Source: Candidatus Bathyarchaeia archaeon (GTDB taxonomy: Archaea; Thermoproteota; Bathyarchaeia; Bathyarchaeales; Bathycorpusculaceae). From it: 50,094 nucleotides of DNA. Each line of letters starts with the position of its first letter. Position 1 is the stretch's first letter. Below are positions 1-10,821 of the stretch, one piece after another. The notes under the pieces are model-generated. The model had not been told where the DNA came from, did not search any database, and saw only the letters and a program-made list of their open reading frames with translations. Position numbers and translations under genes: made by a program. The stretch is taken from positions 1 to 50,094 of the forward strand of contig JBEKGO010000017.1 of NCBI GenBank assembly GCA_050012755.1. The letters are read 5' to 3'.

Positions 1-37
1 TTTCACCACTCATGCCTGCAATGTGCAATTTTTTAGC

Positions 38-961
38 TTATTCTACGATCTTTTCCCAGCTAGTGACTAAGTCAAGAACTTCTTGACCTGCTTTGCCGCC
101 GTAGCTCTTCAAGCGCTCACGAGTATCCTTCTGAGCGATCATAGCTTTCTGGAACTCTACCATCTGCGCAGCTTTGTCTGTTAAGTACAGGATTCCGTCG
201 ACACCTGCTCTTGCCATGCGAACTGATACAGTCAAGAGTTCGCTTGTTGTTGGTGTTTCTCTTGGATCGTCGCCAGGCCCGATAACGTAGAGTGCAATGT
301 TTAGCTTTACGTCTTTGAAGAGTTTCTTGAAGTTACGAGTAAGCATTTCCCAATACCAAGGTGTAGCATAGTTTTTGCTGAACATAACAACTAGGAATTC
401 GTCGGTGAGTGGTGCTAAGTCGTCGAAGTTGACGCCGAAGCGTTCATAGTTTGTGACTGGATCTGGAAGTACACCGATGACAAATTGACTCTTTGCTCTG
501 TCACGTACTCGTTCGCTTGTTGCCGTCATGTAATCAGTGATTTCTTTTCGTCTCCATTCATACCAGCTTAAACCGCTTTTTTCGTGAAGTGCTTTGCAAC
601 GTGGGCATATGCAGTGTCCATGTTCTGCGAAGTGAATGCTGTTTAGCCAAATGCCTGGGCTTTTTCTTGCAACGTCTTCCATATAGTCGAGTTGTTCTGC
701 ACGGTGTTCAGGTTGAGTTGCGCATAAAACATCCCATCTGACGTTAAAGTTGTCATTTGTTCTCCATGCTGGACCGAGTGCTGATTGTGAAATCCAGTCT
801 GGATGATTTCGAGCGGTTACGTTGTCTCCGAAAATGGCGATGTTGCTGTACATTTCAGGGTGAGGTGGCATTCGTCTGCCGACTTCTGGTTTAACGCGGA
901 AAAGGTCAAAGTCAAAGCCTGGAACTTTCTTTGCTTCAAACATGTATGTGCCGAATTTCAT
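38..961 (-). CDS. Putative glycoside-hydrolase-like TIM-barrel protein with CxCxxC motif
   Basis: 307-aa ORF; HPDW, LC-x-T-x-P and HCICPRC motifs typical of GH42/GHL-like barrels; family not certain. Confidence 0.45.
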   Translation of the reverse strand: MKFGTYMFEAKKVPGFDFDLFRVKPEVGRRMPPHPEMYSNIAIFGDNVTARNHPDWISQSALGPAWRTNDNFNVRWDVLCATQPEHRAEQLDYMEDVARKSPGIWLNSIHFAEHGHCICPRCKALHEKSGLSWYEWRRKEITDYMTATSERVRDRAKSQFVIGVLPDPVTNYERFGVNFDDLAPLTDEFLVVMFSKNYATPWYWEMLTRNFKKLFKDVKLNIALYVIGPGDDPRETPTTSELLTVSVRMARAGVDGILYLTDKAAQMVEFQKAMIAQKDTRERLKSYGGKAGQEVLDLVTSWEKIVE

Positions 962-1287
962 CTTGATTCTACCTTTTTAGAAACCAAAACGTTTGGCGAT
1001 GTTATAAAGTTTTGCATAAGAACAGAAAAACAGTTTGCAAGAGCTAAAAACCTGTTTGGCGATTGCTTACGATTCGACTATTTCGTTTCGCGCATGGTAT
1101 TAAGCTTTTAACCATGACTTTGTTTTTGATTAAAAATGTTTTTTCATGTTGCCAATCCTAACCTGTAACATAAATAGTGAAATAGGAAATCAAGGCAGCC
1201 GCTAAAATATTAGCGATTGGTTACGCAACGTTTTTAGGGCAAATTTCCTTCGCAACCTTAGCAAACTATCAACTTTCAGGTGCTGCA

Positions 1288-3906
1288 ATGAGCCAGTGGC
1301 ATTCCCAAAACTCGGAAGAGACGATTCGTCAATTAGGTGTTAATCCTGAGAAGGGCTTAACAGACCAAGAGGCAGCACAACGGATAGATAAGTACGGAAG
1401 AAACGTTCTTGTTCAGCAAAGAGAAATCCGATTCTTAGGCATCTTACGCGAAGAAATAACGGAACCCATGATTCTACTGCTAATTGCCATAGGCGTACTC
1501 TACAGTATCTTAGGCAGCTTAACAGACGCCTTGACCATTATAGTGATAATAATTGTTTTGGTCCTAGCGGAAGTGTGGAATGAGTACAGGGCTAAACGTT
1601 CAATTGCATCTTTAAAGCAGCTAGCTCCGCCGACTACGATGGTTCTCAGAAACGGGCAACTCCAAGAGGTTGAGACAGCCCTTGTTGTTCCAGGCGACAT
1701 TCTAATTTTGAAGACAGGACAAAGAATTCCAGCAGATGCGAGGCTTCTTGAAGCTTTTGGATTAGAAGTTGATGAGTCCTCTTTAACTGGCGAATCCTAT
1801 CCGGTAGTTAAAGACGCCACAGCGACTTTGCCGACTGAAACCAGAATTACAGAGCAAACAAACATGCTCTTTGCAGGAACCGTCATAACTCGAGGAAGAG
1901 CCAAAGCGCTCATTACTGCAACAGGAATAAGCAGTGAGCTTGGGCGAGTTGTAGGTATAACTAAGGCTGCTAAAGAGCCAAAAACGACCTTACAGTTGGC
2001 AATGAAACAGCTCTCCAAAACATTGGTTTGGATTGCACTTTTTTTCGCCATTCTAATTCCAGTCTTAAGCTACATTAGAGGACTGCAGCCAAGTCCAGCA
2101 GAAGCCGTGCTTTACGGATTATCGTTGGCTTTTGTAGTTATCCCTGAAGAACTGCCCATCATCATCACCATGGTTCTTGGCGTGGGCAGTTATGCATTAT
2201 CCAAGAAAGGAGCAATAGTGAAGCGTTTACGGGCAGCTGAAGCCCTTGGAAATGTGACAGTCATTGCTACAGATAAAACGGGTACGATAACAGAAAACAA
2301 AATGCGGCTTGAACATCTCTATTTCGACGGCGCAATTCGCAGAAGCCAAGATTTTAAGGAAAATGAGAAAGCCGCTTTAAGAAACGCATTTTTAGCTAGT
2401 GACGCCGTTGCAAACACGGCAAGCAGCATGGTTCTGGGGAATCCGATGGCTCAGGCAATCCTTGAACGACTCACACAAGATGGAATCAATGCTCAGAGGG
2501 CAACTGAAGGCTGGATTCTAAAAGACGAATTAAGCTTTGACGTTAAACGAAAACTCGCTTCATATATTTACCAACATGGCAACTCCAAAGTTGTTTTAAG
2601 CAGCGGTGCACCAGAAAGAATCTTGGCTAATTCCACAAAAATCCTTCTAGGAGGCGAAGAAGCCCCCCTCGATGAAGACACCAGAAATGAAGTCAACAAA
2701 GTTATGGAGCAAATGGCTCAGTCGGGGGAACGCCTACTCGGTTTCGGCTACCACAGACTCCAAGCTGATTCAGTCGATAAACAGAACCTTGAAAGCAACA
2801 TTACCTTCGTCGGCATCTTAGGTTTCATTGACCCGCCAAGAAAAGAAGTAAAAGCAGCCATCCAAACCTGCCAAGAAGCAGGCATAAAAGTCGTAATGAT
2901 TACGGGAGACCACCCAGAAACCGCCAAATCAATCGCTTCTCAAGTTGGAATAAACAGCGCCAACGTGTTAACAGGCATCGAAATCGCAAAAATGACAGAT
3001 GAAGAACTCAAAAAAGCGCTAAAGAACACTTATGTTTTCGCACGGGTAACTCCTGAGGATAAACTGCGGTTAGTTCATCTCTTAAAAGAAAACGGCGAAA
3101 TCGTAGCTGTCACAGGAGACGGAATAAATGATGCACCAGCCCTCAAAGAAGCCCACATTGGCGTAGCAATGGGAATCAGAGGAACTGACGTTGCAAAAGA
3201 AACAGCCGACATGATTCTTACCGACGACAATTTTGCCACTATAGAAACTGCAGTTAAGGAAGGACGCAAACTTTACAGCAACCTCCGCAAGGGCGTCCGT
3301 TACTACCTCGCCTGCAAAGTTGCTCTAGTCTCAATTTTCCTTGTTCCAATTATACTAGGGATTCCGCTGCCTTTTGCTCCGATTCAAATTATTGTACTTG
3401 AGTTGTTCATGGATTTGGCAGCGTCAGCCACCTTTGTGGCTGAACCAGCAGAGGCCGGAATTATGAACAGGCCGCCGAACGATCCTAAAGAAAAGTTCCT
3501 GAACAGAAGTATGCTTACAAGTTTAGCGTTAGGGTCGCTTAGTCTATTTGCTGCGGTAACTGCAACCTATTTGTTCACGTGGTATCAAAACCCAACCTCA
3601 AGTGCAATTCAACATGCACAGACAGTAGCTTTCGCCACATGGATGATAGGCCACATTCTACTAGCTCTAAACTTCCGCTCCGAAAAAGAACCTCTCTCAA
3701 AGCTGGGTGTTCTTTCAAACAAGGTTATGGTGCTTTGGGGTCTAATCGTAATAATTACATTGCTCGTGGCAACGAACGTGGCGGGTATAGCTAGCTCGCT
3801 TAAAATAACAGGTTTAGCTCCGATGGACTGGGTACTAATTATTGTTGTAGCGTTCGTTTCAACTTTCTGGATTGAACTTAATAAAATACGGCGGAAAAGG
3901 ACTTAG
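1288..3906 (+). CDS. Cation-transporting P-type ATPase (type IIA, Ca2+-like)
   Basis: TGES, PEEL, DKTGT, TGD and GDGINDAPAL motifs; multiple TM segments. Confidence 0.95.
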   Translation: MSQWHSQNSEETIRQLGVNPEKGLTDQEAAQRIDKYGRNVLVQQREIRFLGILREEITEPMILLLIAIGVLYSILGSLTDALTIIVIIIVLVLAEVWNEYRAKRSIASLKQLAPPTTMVLRNGQLQEVETALVVPGDILILKTGQRIPADARLLEAFGLEVDESSLTGESYPVVKDATATLPTETRITEQTNMLFAGTVITRGRAKALITATGISSELGRVVGITKAAKEPKTTLQLAMKQLSKTLVWIALFFAILIPVLSYIRGLQPSPAEAVLYGLSLAFVVIPEELPIIITMVLGVGSYALSKKGAIVKRLRAAEALGNVTVIATDKTGTITENKMRLEHLYFDGAIRRSQDFKENEKAALRNAFLASDAVANTASSMVLGNPMAQAILERLTQDGINAQRATEGWILKDELSFDVKRKLASYIYQHGNSKVVLSSGAPERILANSTKILLGGEEAPLDEDTRNEVNKVMEQMAQSGERLLGFGYHRLQADSVDKQNLESNITFVGILGFIDPPRKEVKAAIQTCQEAGIKVVMITGDHPETAKSIASQVGINSANVLTGIEIAKMTDEELKKALKNTYVFARVTPEDKLRLVHLLKENGEIVAVTGDGINDAPALKEAHIGVAMGIRGTDVAKETADMILTDDNFATIETAVKEGRKLYSNLRKGVRYYLACKVALVSIFLVPIILGIPLPFAPIQIIVLELFMDLAASATFVAEPAEAGIMNRPPNDPKEKFLNRSMLTSLALGSLSLFAAVTATYLFTWYQNPTSSAIQHAQTVAFATWMIGHILLALNFRSEKEPLSKLGVLSNKVMVLWGLIVIITLLVATNVAGIASSLKITGLAPMDWVLIIVVAFVSTFWIELNKIRRKRT

Positions 3907-3954
3907 CTTTTAAATGGAACCTTCATATAGATTGCCCTGAGGGAGAGAGAAAGG

Positions 3955-4365
3955 GTGCCGATTAAATATTTTGAGGCTCCAGAAATCAAAAAGCAAGTGG
4001 ATCAGTTAGCAGAGGAATGCGAGTTTTACCATGTTGTTCCACAATTCGTTTACTGTGTCAGAAGCAGAGGCTCCAAAGCGCGAAGAACCATCGCCCGCAT
4101 TCACGGCTTAGGTAAAATTTGGCAAGGAGTCCTAAACCTGCCTACATCCTACATTATTGAAGTTATCTCAGAAATCTTCGACAAAATGACGCCTGAAGAC
4201 AAAGAAAAAACACTAATTCATGAACTTATGCACATTCCAGGCGGATTTTCAGGTGGCTTCCGACCCCACAAAGGTTATGTCGAACGGAAAGATGTTGAGG
4301 CGGTTTACAAGAAGCTACAGAGCGATCGGGCTGCAAATAAGCAGAAAAAACTGTTTTTCGAGTAA
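3955..4365 (+). CDS. Small putative metallopeptidase (HExxH)
   Basis: LIHELMHIP motif; GTG start after purine-rich SD. Confidence 0.7.
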   Translation: MPIKYFEAPEIKKQVDQLAEECEFYHVVPQFVYCVRSRGSKARRTIARIHGLGKIWQGVLNLPTSYIIEVISEIFDKMTPEDKEKTLIHELMHIPGGFSGGFRPHKGYVERKDVEAVYKKLQSDRAANKQKKLFFE

Positions 4366-4520
4366 ACTTTGCTATTTTTCGCCTATTTCTTCTTAAGTTC
4401 CGAAGCAATGTTATCGAATTAAGCGCTCCAAAACCGAAAAGCAAAAAAACCATGCCTAAACAAATATTGGGCAAGACACAAACTAATCCTAGTCTTTGCC
4501 ATGGAATTTGAGGTTTAGTT

Positions 4521-6182
4521 ATGAAGCATGTAATGAAAAGTTTAAAGCATAACGGCATATTCGTTCCAGTTTACGATTACAAAGGCTTCAGCATCAAAAT
4601 TAGCGGTCAACCATTAAAGTTGACGCCTAAAAGCGAGCAGATGGCGGTTGCATGGATAAGAAAATCATTGTCAACCGTCTCGCCGCCAGACAGCCTTTTC
4701 AAGAAGAATTTCATGAAAGAGTTCCTTGTACAAATCAAAAAGGATAATCCTTCTGCTGCTTTCTTGGATGCTTTTACTTCAAATTACTTAAACAGCATCG
4801 ACCATCCATCTGCAACTCTAAACAATGGAAATCACCTGGCAAGTCATGAAATCGATTTTGGTCAAATCTGCAGTTTTATCGAAAGTGAAAAAGCGAAGAA
4901 AGAAGCTTTGACAAAAGAAGTTAAAAAGCAGCAAGCCGAAGAACGCAAAGTTAAGCGTCTAGAATTCAAAGAAAAATATGGCTATGCCGATGTTGATGGG
5001 CAAAAACTTGAAATTGCCAATTGGACATCAGAGCCCTCTTGCCTTTTTGCTGGACGTGGAGACCATCCGCAACGTGGAAAATGGAAGGACGGTCCGGCCG
5101 AGCAAGATATAATTCTTAATTTGCCGCCTGACGCGCCTATTCCAGCGGGAAATTGGAAAGGTGTAGTTTGGGAACCCGACAAGATGTACGTGGCGAAGTG
5201 GGAAGATAAGCTTACGGGCAAAATAAAGTACGTCTGGTTCAGCGACACCGCTTTTCTTAAGCAGAATCGCGAGAAAGAAAAATTCCAGAAAGCCGAAACA
5301 TTGGGCAAACAAATTAAAACCATCGAACAGCACATTCAAAGGAATCTGGATTCCGAAGAGGAAGACAGACGCAAAGTCGCCACTGTCGCTTGGCTTATTT
5401 TCGCGGTTAACATGAGGGTAGGCGACGAAAAAGACCCCGATGAAGCAGACACCGTAGGAGCAATTACTCTTAGGGCGGAACACGTGAAAATCGATGGAAA
5501 CCAACTAAACTTCCATTTTCTGGGCAAAGACAGCGTAGAATGGGACAAGACTCTTCCAGCACCTCCAGCAGTCATTAGGAACATCCAAAACTACATGCAG
5601 ACAAGCAAAGAATACCTTTTTGAAGGCGTCGACTCCAAGAAGGTCGCCCGCTTTCTCTCCGAGAAAATACCCAAACTCTCAGCCAAAGTGTTCCGCACAT
5701 GGAAATGCACCACCACACTTGAAACCTCGCTAAAAGAAGCAACGGACCAGAAAAAAGTGACAAAAGAATCACCAGACTACAAAAAAACCTACTATGCAAA
5801 ACTAGCCAACTACGAAGTGGCAGTCGTGGCAAACCACAAGAAAAAGGTGCCGCCGACATTTGACCAGCGACTCGAGAAGAAGGAAGTCAACCTCAAATCA
5901 CTCGAAGCCCAGTTGCAGGCCAAGAAGGCAGCGGGCAAAAAAACCGAGTCCCTTGAAAACCGAATCGAACGAGCGAAATTGGATTTGGAGCTCACCAGGT
6001 TAACCAAAGAATACAACTTGGGCACTTCATTGAAATCGTATATTGACCCGACAGCTTACGTGAAATGGGCTAAAAAAGTAAAATTTGACATCGAAAAATT
6101 CTACCCCAAAACGCTACGCAACAAGTTCAGCTGGGCACTGCAGAGCAACAAGGCACAGGAAGCCGAGTGCATAACTGCATGA
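4521..6182 (+). CDS. DNA topoisomerase IB (eukaryote-like)
   Basis: GRGDHP, NMRVGDEKD, FLGKDS, AKVFRT, NH and GTSLKSYIDP (catalytic Tyr) motifs. Confidence 0.95.
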   Translation: MKHVMKSLKHNGIFVPVYDYKGFSIKISGQPLKLTPKSEQMAVAWIRKSLSTVSPPDSLFKKNFMKEFLVQIKKDNPSAAFLDAFTSNYLNSIDHPSATLNNGNHLASHEIDFGQICSFIESEKAKKEALTKEVKKQQAEERKVKRLEFKEKYGYADVDGQKLEIANWTSEPSCLFAGRGDHPQRGKWKDGPAEQDIILNLPPDAPIPAGNWKGVVWEPDKMYVAKWEDKLTGKIKYVWFSDTAFLKQNREKEKFQKAETLGKQIKTIEQHIQRNLDSEEEDRRKVATVAWLIFAVNMRVGDEKDPDEADTVGAITLRAEHVKIDGNQLNFHFLGKDSVEWDKTLPAPPAVIRNIQNYMQTSKEYLFEGVDSKKVARFLSEKIPKLSAKVFRTWKCTTTLETSLKEATDQKKVTKESPDYKKTYYAKLANYEVAVVANHKKKVPPTFDQRLEKKEVNLKSLEAQLQAKKAAGKKTESLENRIERAKLDLELTRLTKEYNLGTSLKSYIDPTAYVKWAKKVKFDIEKFYPKTLRNKFSWALQSNKAQEAECITA

Positions 6183-6460
6183 GCATCAAAGAAACCGAGG
6201 CCGGCACAGTCATCACCATTTTTGTTAAACCAAACTCTCCCAAGTTTAAGATAGAATTTGATGGCGACGAAATTGTTGTCCTTGCAACTGAGGAGCCTGA
6301 GAAAGGAAGAGTGAACAAGGAAATTTTAAAAGAATTTTCAAAGATTTTCCATGCCAAAGTTGTGCTCGCATCAGGCGCTACTTCAAGACAGAAAACGTTG
6401 TTTGTAGAGGACATCGGAAAAAGCCATGCAGCACAGCTCTTGCACCTAGTTGAATCTTGA
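6179..6460 (+). CDS. DUF167 / UPF0235 (YggU-like) protein
   Basis: VKPNS...PEKGRVNKE...GATSRQK pattern; ATG at 6179 overlaps TopoIB stop (ATGA). Confidence 0.85.
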   Translation: MSIKETEAGTVITIFVKPNSPKFKIEFDGDEIVVLATEEPEKGRVNKEILKEFSKIFHAKVVLASGATSRQKTLFVEDIGKSHAAQLLHLVES

Positions 6461-6687
6461 TATATCAGAAATTGAAATATCCCTTATATACAAAACAAGC
6501 GCTAAAAAAAGTAGAAATAATGTAGTTCAAAGGCAGAGGGGGCAACCCTCAACACCTTACCCCAAAAAGGCTCCAAATTTCTTAAAAGAAAATCATTCAT
6601 TTTTACAATAAATTGCACAAGCAAGAAAATCGATAATTGCCAATAAGCATAAATTCGAATATAGAGAAAGGATTAGTAGTGTTCAAA

Positions 6688-6867
6688 TTGACTACCGAAG
6701 AAGTTTTAGAAGAAATACGTGAAGAATTGCAAGAAATCAAGCTTCTATACAAAGAGCTAGTGGATAGACTTGTTCCTATCGAAGAGGCAACAGAAGATGA
6801 AAAGAACGCCATAAAAGAAAAAGACGAAATAGCTGACGAAAAAGAATTAATGCAGACATTAGGCTGA
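6688..6867 (+). CDS. Putative antitoxin of RelE-type TA pair
   Basis: Small acidic ORF directly upstream of RelE-like toxin; start uncertain (TTG 6688, GTG 6679 or 6637). Confidence 0.65.
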   Translation: MTTEEVLEEIREELQEIKLLYKELVDRLVPIEEATEDEKNAIKEKDEIADEKELMQTLG

Positions 6868-6872
6868 ACTGA

Positions 6873-7136
6873 ATGTTCACCATCAAAATTAAGAGAAAAG
6901 CGCTCAAAAACTTATGCAAAATAGACCAAGAACAAAAACGTAATCTAAAAGAAGTCATATTGCTTTTGAAGAACGACCCAATTCCATTCAAGAAAACAGA
7001 TATCTGTAAACTCAAAGGCTATGACAACACCTATAGAATCAGATTAGGTACAATTAGGATAGTATATGATGTTTTATGGAAGCAAAAAACTATATTGATT
7101 CATTATGTTGGAACAAGAGAAAAAGCATATAGTTAG
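6873..7136 (+). CDS. relE: RelE/ParE family toxin
   Basis: Basic 87 aa; KLKGY...YRIRLGTIRIVY...GTREKAY motif. Confidence 0.88.
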   Translation: MFTIKIKRKALKNLCKIDQEQKRNLKEVILLLKNDPIPFKKTDICKLKGYDNTYRIRLGTIRIVYDVLWKQKTILIHYVGTREKAYS

Positions 7137-7154
7137 AATCCGAAAAATCTAATT

Positions 7155-8423
7155 TTAGGTTTGTTGCTTGAATCTAAGCATCGCCGCTATGCCGCCAAAA
7201 GCGTTCTTTAGCATCTGTCCTTCTTCAGTTTCAGTAGAAATAACCTCTACATCCGTATTTGACATTTCTGCGAGTTCAGCCAAGTCATCTATGACATCTT
7301 TTTTCTCCAGCACAGTCGTCGATGGCGCGGCACATTTTGCGCATGGTTTCCCAACTAAGCCCTGCTCAAAAGCTGCTACATCTTGGCTTTTAACGGTATG
7401 TTGCTCTTCGTAGCCGCAAGCACTGCATTTAATGGTGACACGAACCAAGTCAAGGCTTTCAGACATGATAAGCAAGCGAACTGCGCCTGCCTGCAAAAGC
7501 CGCCTCACTTCAGCTTCACCGTAAGTTATCATTCCTGTGTCATGGCCGATTTCGTAGAGGAATTTCTGCATGATATCTTTCTCTTCGATATATCGGACTT
7601 TCTTCATGATTTCGGGCGCTTTATCCATCACTTCTTTAACGCCCTGCTCTTCAACGTAAGCAGTGTCAACTACATCGAGAATTTTGTCTTTGAGTTGATA
7701 ATTTAGGTAACCGCCTTTCTCAAAATCATATTTTGTGGGTCCAGGTCCGCCCAAAATAATGCCTTTCAATGTGTCAATTGGCAAGAAAGTTTCGTTTGCA
7801 TGGATACCAACGCGGGTAAAATACTCGTTTAGCTGCATGTCTCGCAGGCGTTCATATCGCCGTGCTGATTGTCCACCTGCCTTAGTTTTACCGGTAACGC
7901 CCGAATGCATTTGACGAACAATATCCAGCCGTTTTCCCTGCAAGGTTGCGATTGTAGCGTTATTAGCGTCTACTAGCAAGATGCCGTAGGTTTCTTTTTC
8001 GCGCAACATCTCTTGCAAATGCTCAGTGTGGAAACGGGAGTCACAACGATAAAGGAAAATTCTGATAGGTTCAGGTGGAACGATGACATATGCTTCCATG
8101 CGTTCGGTACCTGGTGCCGCACCCTCCCCAAGAAGTGCGCCTGTAAAAACTACTATGCCTTTTTCTCCTGGGTCTTTGAAGAGTTTGAGTTTCTGCTGGG
8201 CTTTAGTGATGGCGTCGAGTACGTTTTTGCGGGTAACGTTGGACTTGATGTTGCTGGCGGTTCCATATTCGTTGCGCAGAAGGTTAAGGGCGTCGCTGAT
8301 TTGTTTGCCCGGCGGAACATAAACCGTTATGAGTTCTGTGTGGCTGCCCTCTTTGGAAGCTAAGTTATTAAGCATTTTCCGCAATCGGAATAGTTCAAGA
8401 GACGATTTTTTCGGTGCACTCAA
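7155..8423 (-). CDS. prf1: Peptide chain release factor aRF1
   Basis: ASNIKS, YRCDS and GGQSARR motifs. Confidence 0.97.
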   Translation of the reverse strand: MSAPKKSSLELFRLRKMLNNLASKEGSHTELITVYVPPGKQISDALNLLRNEYGTASNIKSNVTRKNVLDAITKAQQKLKLFKDPGEKGIVVFTGALLGEGAAPGTERMEAYVIVPPEPIRIFLYRCDSRFHTEHLQEMLREKETYGILLVDANNATIATLQGKRLDIVRQMHSGVTGKTKAGGQSARRYERLRDMQLNEYFTRVGIHANETFLPIDTLKGIILGGPGPTKYDFEKGGYLNYQLKDKILDVVDTAYVEEQGVKEVMDKAPEIMKKVRYIEEKDIMQKFLYEIGHDTGMITYGEAEVRRLLQAGAVRLLIMSESLDLVRVTIKCSACGYEEQHTVKSQDVAAFEQGLVGKPCAKCAAPSTTVLEKKDVIDDLAELAEMSNTDVEVISTETEEGQMLKNAFGGIAAMLRFKQQT

Positions 8424-8506
8424 TACAATTCACTAAATACCCTGTCAATTGCTTAACTAACGTTAAAAGGAATCAAATAAAAGTTCCGACACAAAAAAAG
8501 GAACTG

Positions 8507-9520
8507 TTACGCTTTTGCTTTCGCTGGAGCGGCTGGCGCTGATTCAGGCATGGGTGCGCCTATGGCTTCTCTGAGATAAGCCTTGAACGGACCAAGCTTG
8601 CCACCATAGTTGCCTGAGGAAATCTTTAATACGCCAGGCACGCCGATTGCTGCTGTCACGCCTTCTTTCATGCCCTTTTTGACTGCATCCAAAGTCAAGC
8701 CATTCATGACAATTTCATAAACACAAGACACGCCCTCTGGAACAACAGTATCAGGAACAAGCGTCCGCAGAGTTGGGCAGTACGGATGGTTAGTTGAAGC
8801 CTTAAGTTTGTATTTGAGTGAGCCAGCTTTGCTTCCCGCACGACAAACGCCTCCTGGAAACTGCATAATAACGTCAGGAGCATTTGCACGGATTGCGTCT
8901 GCTGCTGCCTCAGCCGCTAGAAGTCCTGAAGGTTGATCTTTCGCAAAAATCATAAAGTTGCCTCCTGCAACTGCTTCCATAGCCCCAAAACCGTTTTCGA
9001 CGATGAAGTTGCCTTCCATAACTGGAATTTTCCAGCATTTTCTTCCGCCAACCATTGCTTTTTTCTGGAAGCCGTCGCCGAAATAGCGTAGGCTGTTGCC
9101 AACATCTAATGTTCGTTTGCCAACTAACCCGTTGAAGGCTGCGGTTGTTGGACAAGTCAAGGTGCATTGACCGATACGCTGCATAAGTTGGTGCTTGAGT
9201 TCGAAGCGGTCACGGTTATAAATTTGAATAAGTACACCTGGTCTTTTGTCAGGAGTCTGATCTGCTGGAACAGCTCGTTCGATTGCTGCTTCTGCAGTTG
9301 CCTCAATTACGCTTGTGGCAAAACCAGTGGTTAAACTTGCGGCGATTTGAGCCCATTTTTCGTTTTGAGCGGTGATTAAAACTCTCCCTACCCAAAGTGG
9401 AAACATTTCGGCAAAGGTATCTTGAACCTTCACGACGTTGCCGCATGACGATTTCACATAAAACATTTTTTCTTTATCATCGTAGCTTTGGATTTCAAGC
9501 GAATTCGTGTTTGATGACAT
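8507..9520 (-). CDS. ftr: Formylmethanofuran:tetrahydromethanopterin N-formyltransferase
   Basis: DTFAEMF, TGFATSVI, TPDKRPG, RIGQCTLTCPTT, GNYGGKLGPF motifs; ATG at 9520. Confidence 0.93.
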   Translation of the reverse strand: MSSNTNSLEIQSYDDKEKMFYVKSSCGNVVKVQDTFAEMFPLWVGRVLITAQNEKWAQIAASLTTGFATSVIEATAEAAIERAVPADQTPDKRPGVLIQIYNRDRFELKHQLMQRIGQCTLTCPTTAAFNGLVGKRTLDVGNSLRYFGDGFQKKAMVGGRKCWKIPVMEGNFIVENGFGAMEAVAGGNFMIFAKDQPSGLLAAEAAADAIRANAPDVIMQFPGGVCRAGSKAGSLKYKLKASTNHPYCPTLRTLVPDTVVPEGVSCVYEIVMNGLTLDAVKKGMKEGVTAAIGVPGVLKISSGNYGGKLGPFKAYLREAIGAPMPESAPAAPAKAKA

Positions 9521-9682
9521 GAACAAGACCTTGCAGTTCAGTGGGGTATTGTGTAATTTAAGAGTTTTTATGATTGACTTAGTGTTCTCTCGAATTTAAA
9601 GACTAATTTCGAACAGAAAGAAGCTAGGAAAACTGAAAAATTGGTTCGAAGGAATTTTTAAAATGATGAGACCATTTAGAGA

Positions 9683-10387
9683 TTAGTTTTTTACCTTAAT
9701 TATTTCTGGGATTTTCCCCGCAGTACCCACTTGTCCTTTAAAGATTATCAGCACTCCATCCACGCCATCAATTGACAGCCCCCTTCTGATTCCCGCTTTT
9801 ATTGCTGATTTGGCATCTTCGCCCTTAACCACATTGCCAACCGCTGTAGCTGCCGCATCGGCTAACGACGCATTTTTGCTGAAAACCGTTGCTGCCTCTG
9901 CATCACCAAAACTTAATGCATGGCTAAAACGTCCTGAACTTGTAGCGACACCAATTGGAAACTCAGTAAGCCTAAAGCCGAAACGTTTTGACAAGGGTTC
10001 TTCTCCAGCGGCAACTGCTACATCAACAGGTCTGTTTGATTGAGCTGAGATTTCTCCGCCGTCCTCAACCACGGCTACGTCACAACCCGCACTGATCATG
10101 TCGGTAACAGCTAAGTCAGCTATAACGCCTGCCACAGCCGCCATGGGTCCAACATCAGCTCTTTCCGCAGATAAGGCCATCAGTTTAGCCACAAGAGGCT
10201 TCTCTGGAGCTACGATTGGCTTTAGAGTGAATAAAAATTTCGGGTTTGTTCTTACGTAGATTTCGAGTTCTTGTCGGTTGCGTTTAATTGACTCTATTGC
10301 GGCTTGGATGGCTTTTTGTTTATCTGAAATAATGGTGCATTGGGTTTCTTTTAAGGTAAAGTTTTCTTTGAACAGGTTATGGGTCAT
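9683..10387 (-). CDS. UPF0280 family (ApbE-like) protein
   Basis: VGPMAAVAG, EDGGEI, TSSG, ADAAATA motifs; usual neighbour of DUF39. Confidence 0.88.
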   Translation of the reverse strand: MTHNLFKENFTLKETQCTIISDKQKAIQAAIESIKRNRQELEIYVRTNPKFLFTLKPIVAPEKPLVAKLMALSAERADVGPMAAVAGVIADLAVTDMISAGCDVAVVEDGGEISAQSNRPVDVAVAAGEEPLSKRFGFRLTEFPIGVATSSGRFSHALSFGDAEAATVFSKNASLADAAATAVGNVVKGEDAKSAIKAGIRRGLSIDGVDGVLIIFKGQVGTAGKIPEIIKVKN

Positions 10388-10818
10388 TTGTTTTTCCTAA
10401 TGTTCACTGGTTGATCATAGTTGTTTTGTTTAATGGATTTTATTGCTCTTGCTGGGCACGCATCAACGCATACGCTGCAGGTGCTACCGACGCATTTCTC
10501 CTTGTTGAATTGCACAGTGGAGTCCTTATCTATGGAGATGGCTTCCACGGGGCATAGAGCGACACATGAGCCGCAGCTGAAACATTTTTCCTCGTCTACT
10601 TCGATGAGTTTAGGCACTGTGACTGAGATGCCTCTTTCCCTGAGTGCCTTCACTATTTTATCCTGCTGCTCATCTGGGATTTCTGTAAGTATTTCGCCGC
10701 CCTTTGAGCTTATTTGCGCTGACAAAATTATCATGGGCACTTTGTACTCAATGATTATTTGAGAAACAATCGGTTGCGAAACCTGCTCTTCTGAAAACCT
10801 CAAGAAAATACGTACCAT
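10384..10818 (-). CDS. NIL domain + 4Fe-4S ferredoxin (MA1822-like partner of the sulfurtransferase)
   Basis: N-terminal NIL-like domain; CxxCxxCxxxCP and CxxxxCxxCxxxCP. Confidence 0.88.
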   Translation of the reverse strand: MVRIFLRFSEEQVSQPIVSQIIIEYKVPMIILSAQISSKGGEILTEIPDEQQDKIVKALRERGISVTVPKLIEVDEEKCFSCGSCVALCPVEAISIDKDSTVQFNKEKCVGSTCSVCVDACPARAIKSIKQNNYDQPVNIRKNK

Positions 10819-10821
10819 GTT

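Noticed and set aside
990-1065. Two GTTTGGCGAT copies resembling the start of a fluoride riboswitch
   Set aside because: Downstream TCGCC pairing and pseudoknot elements are absent.
6536-6550. Small hairpin GAGGG-GGCAA-CCCTC upstream of the TA pair
   Set aside because: 5-bp stem; compatible with chance.
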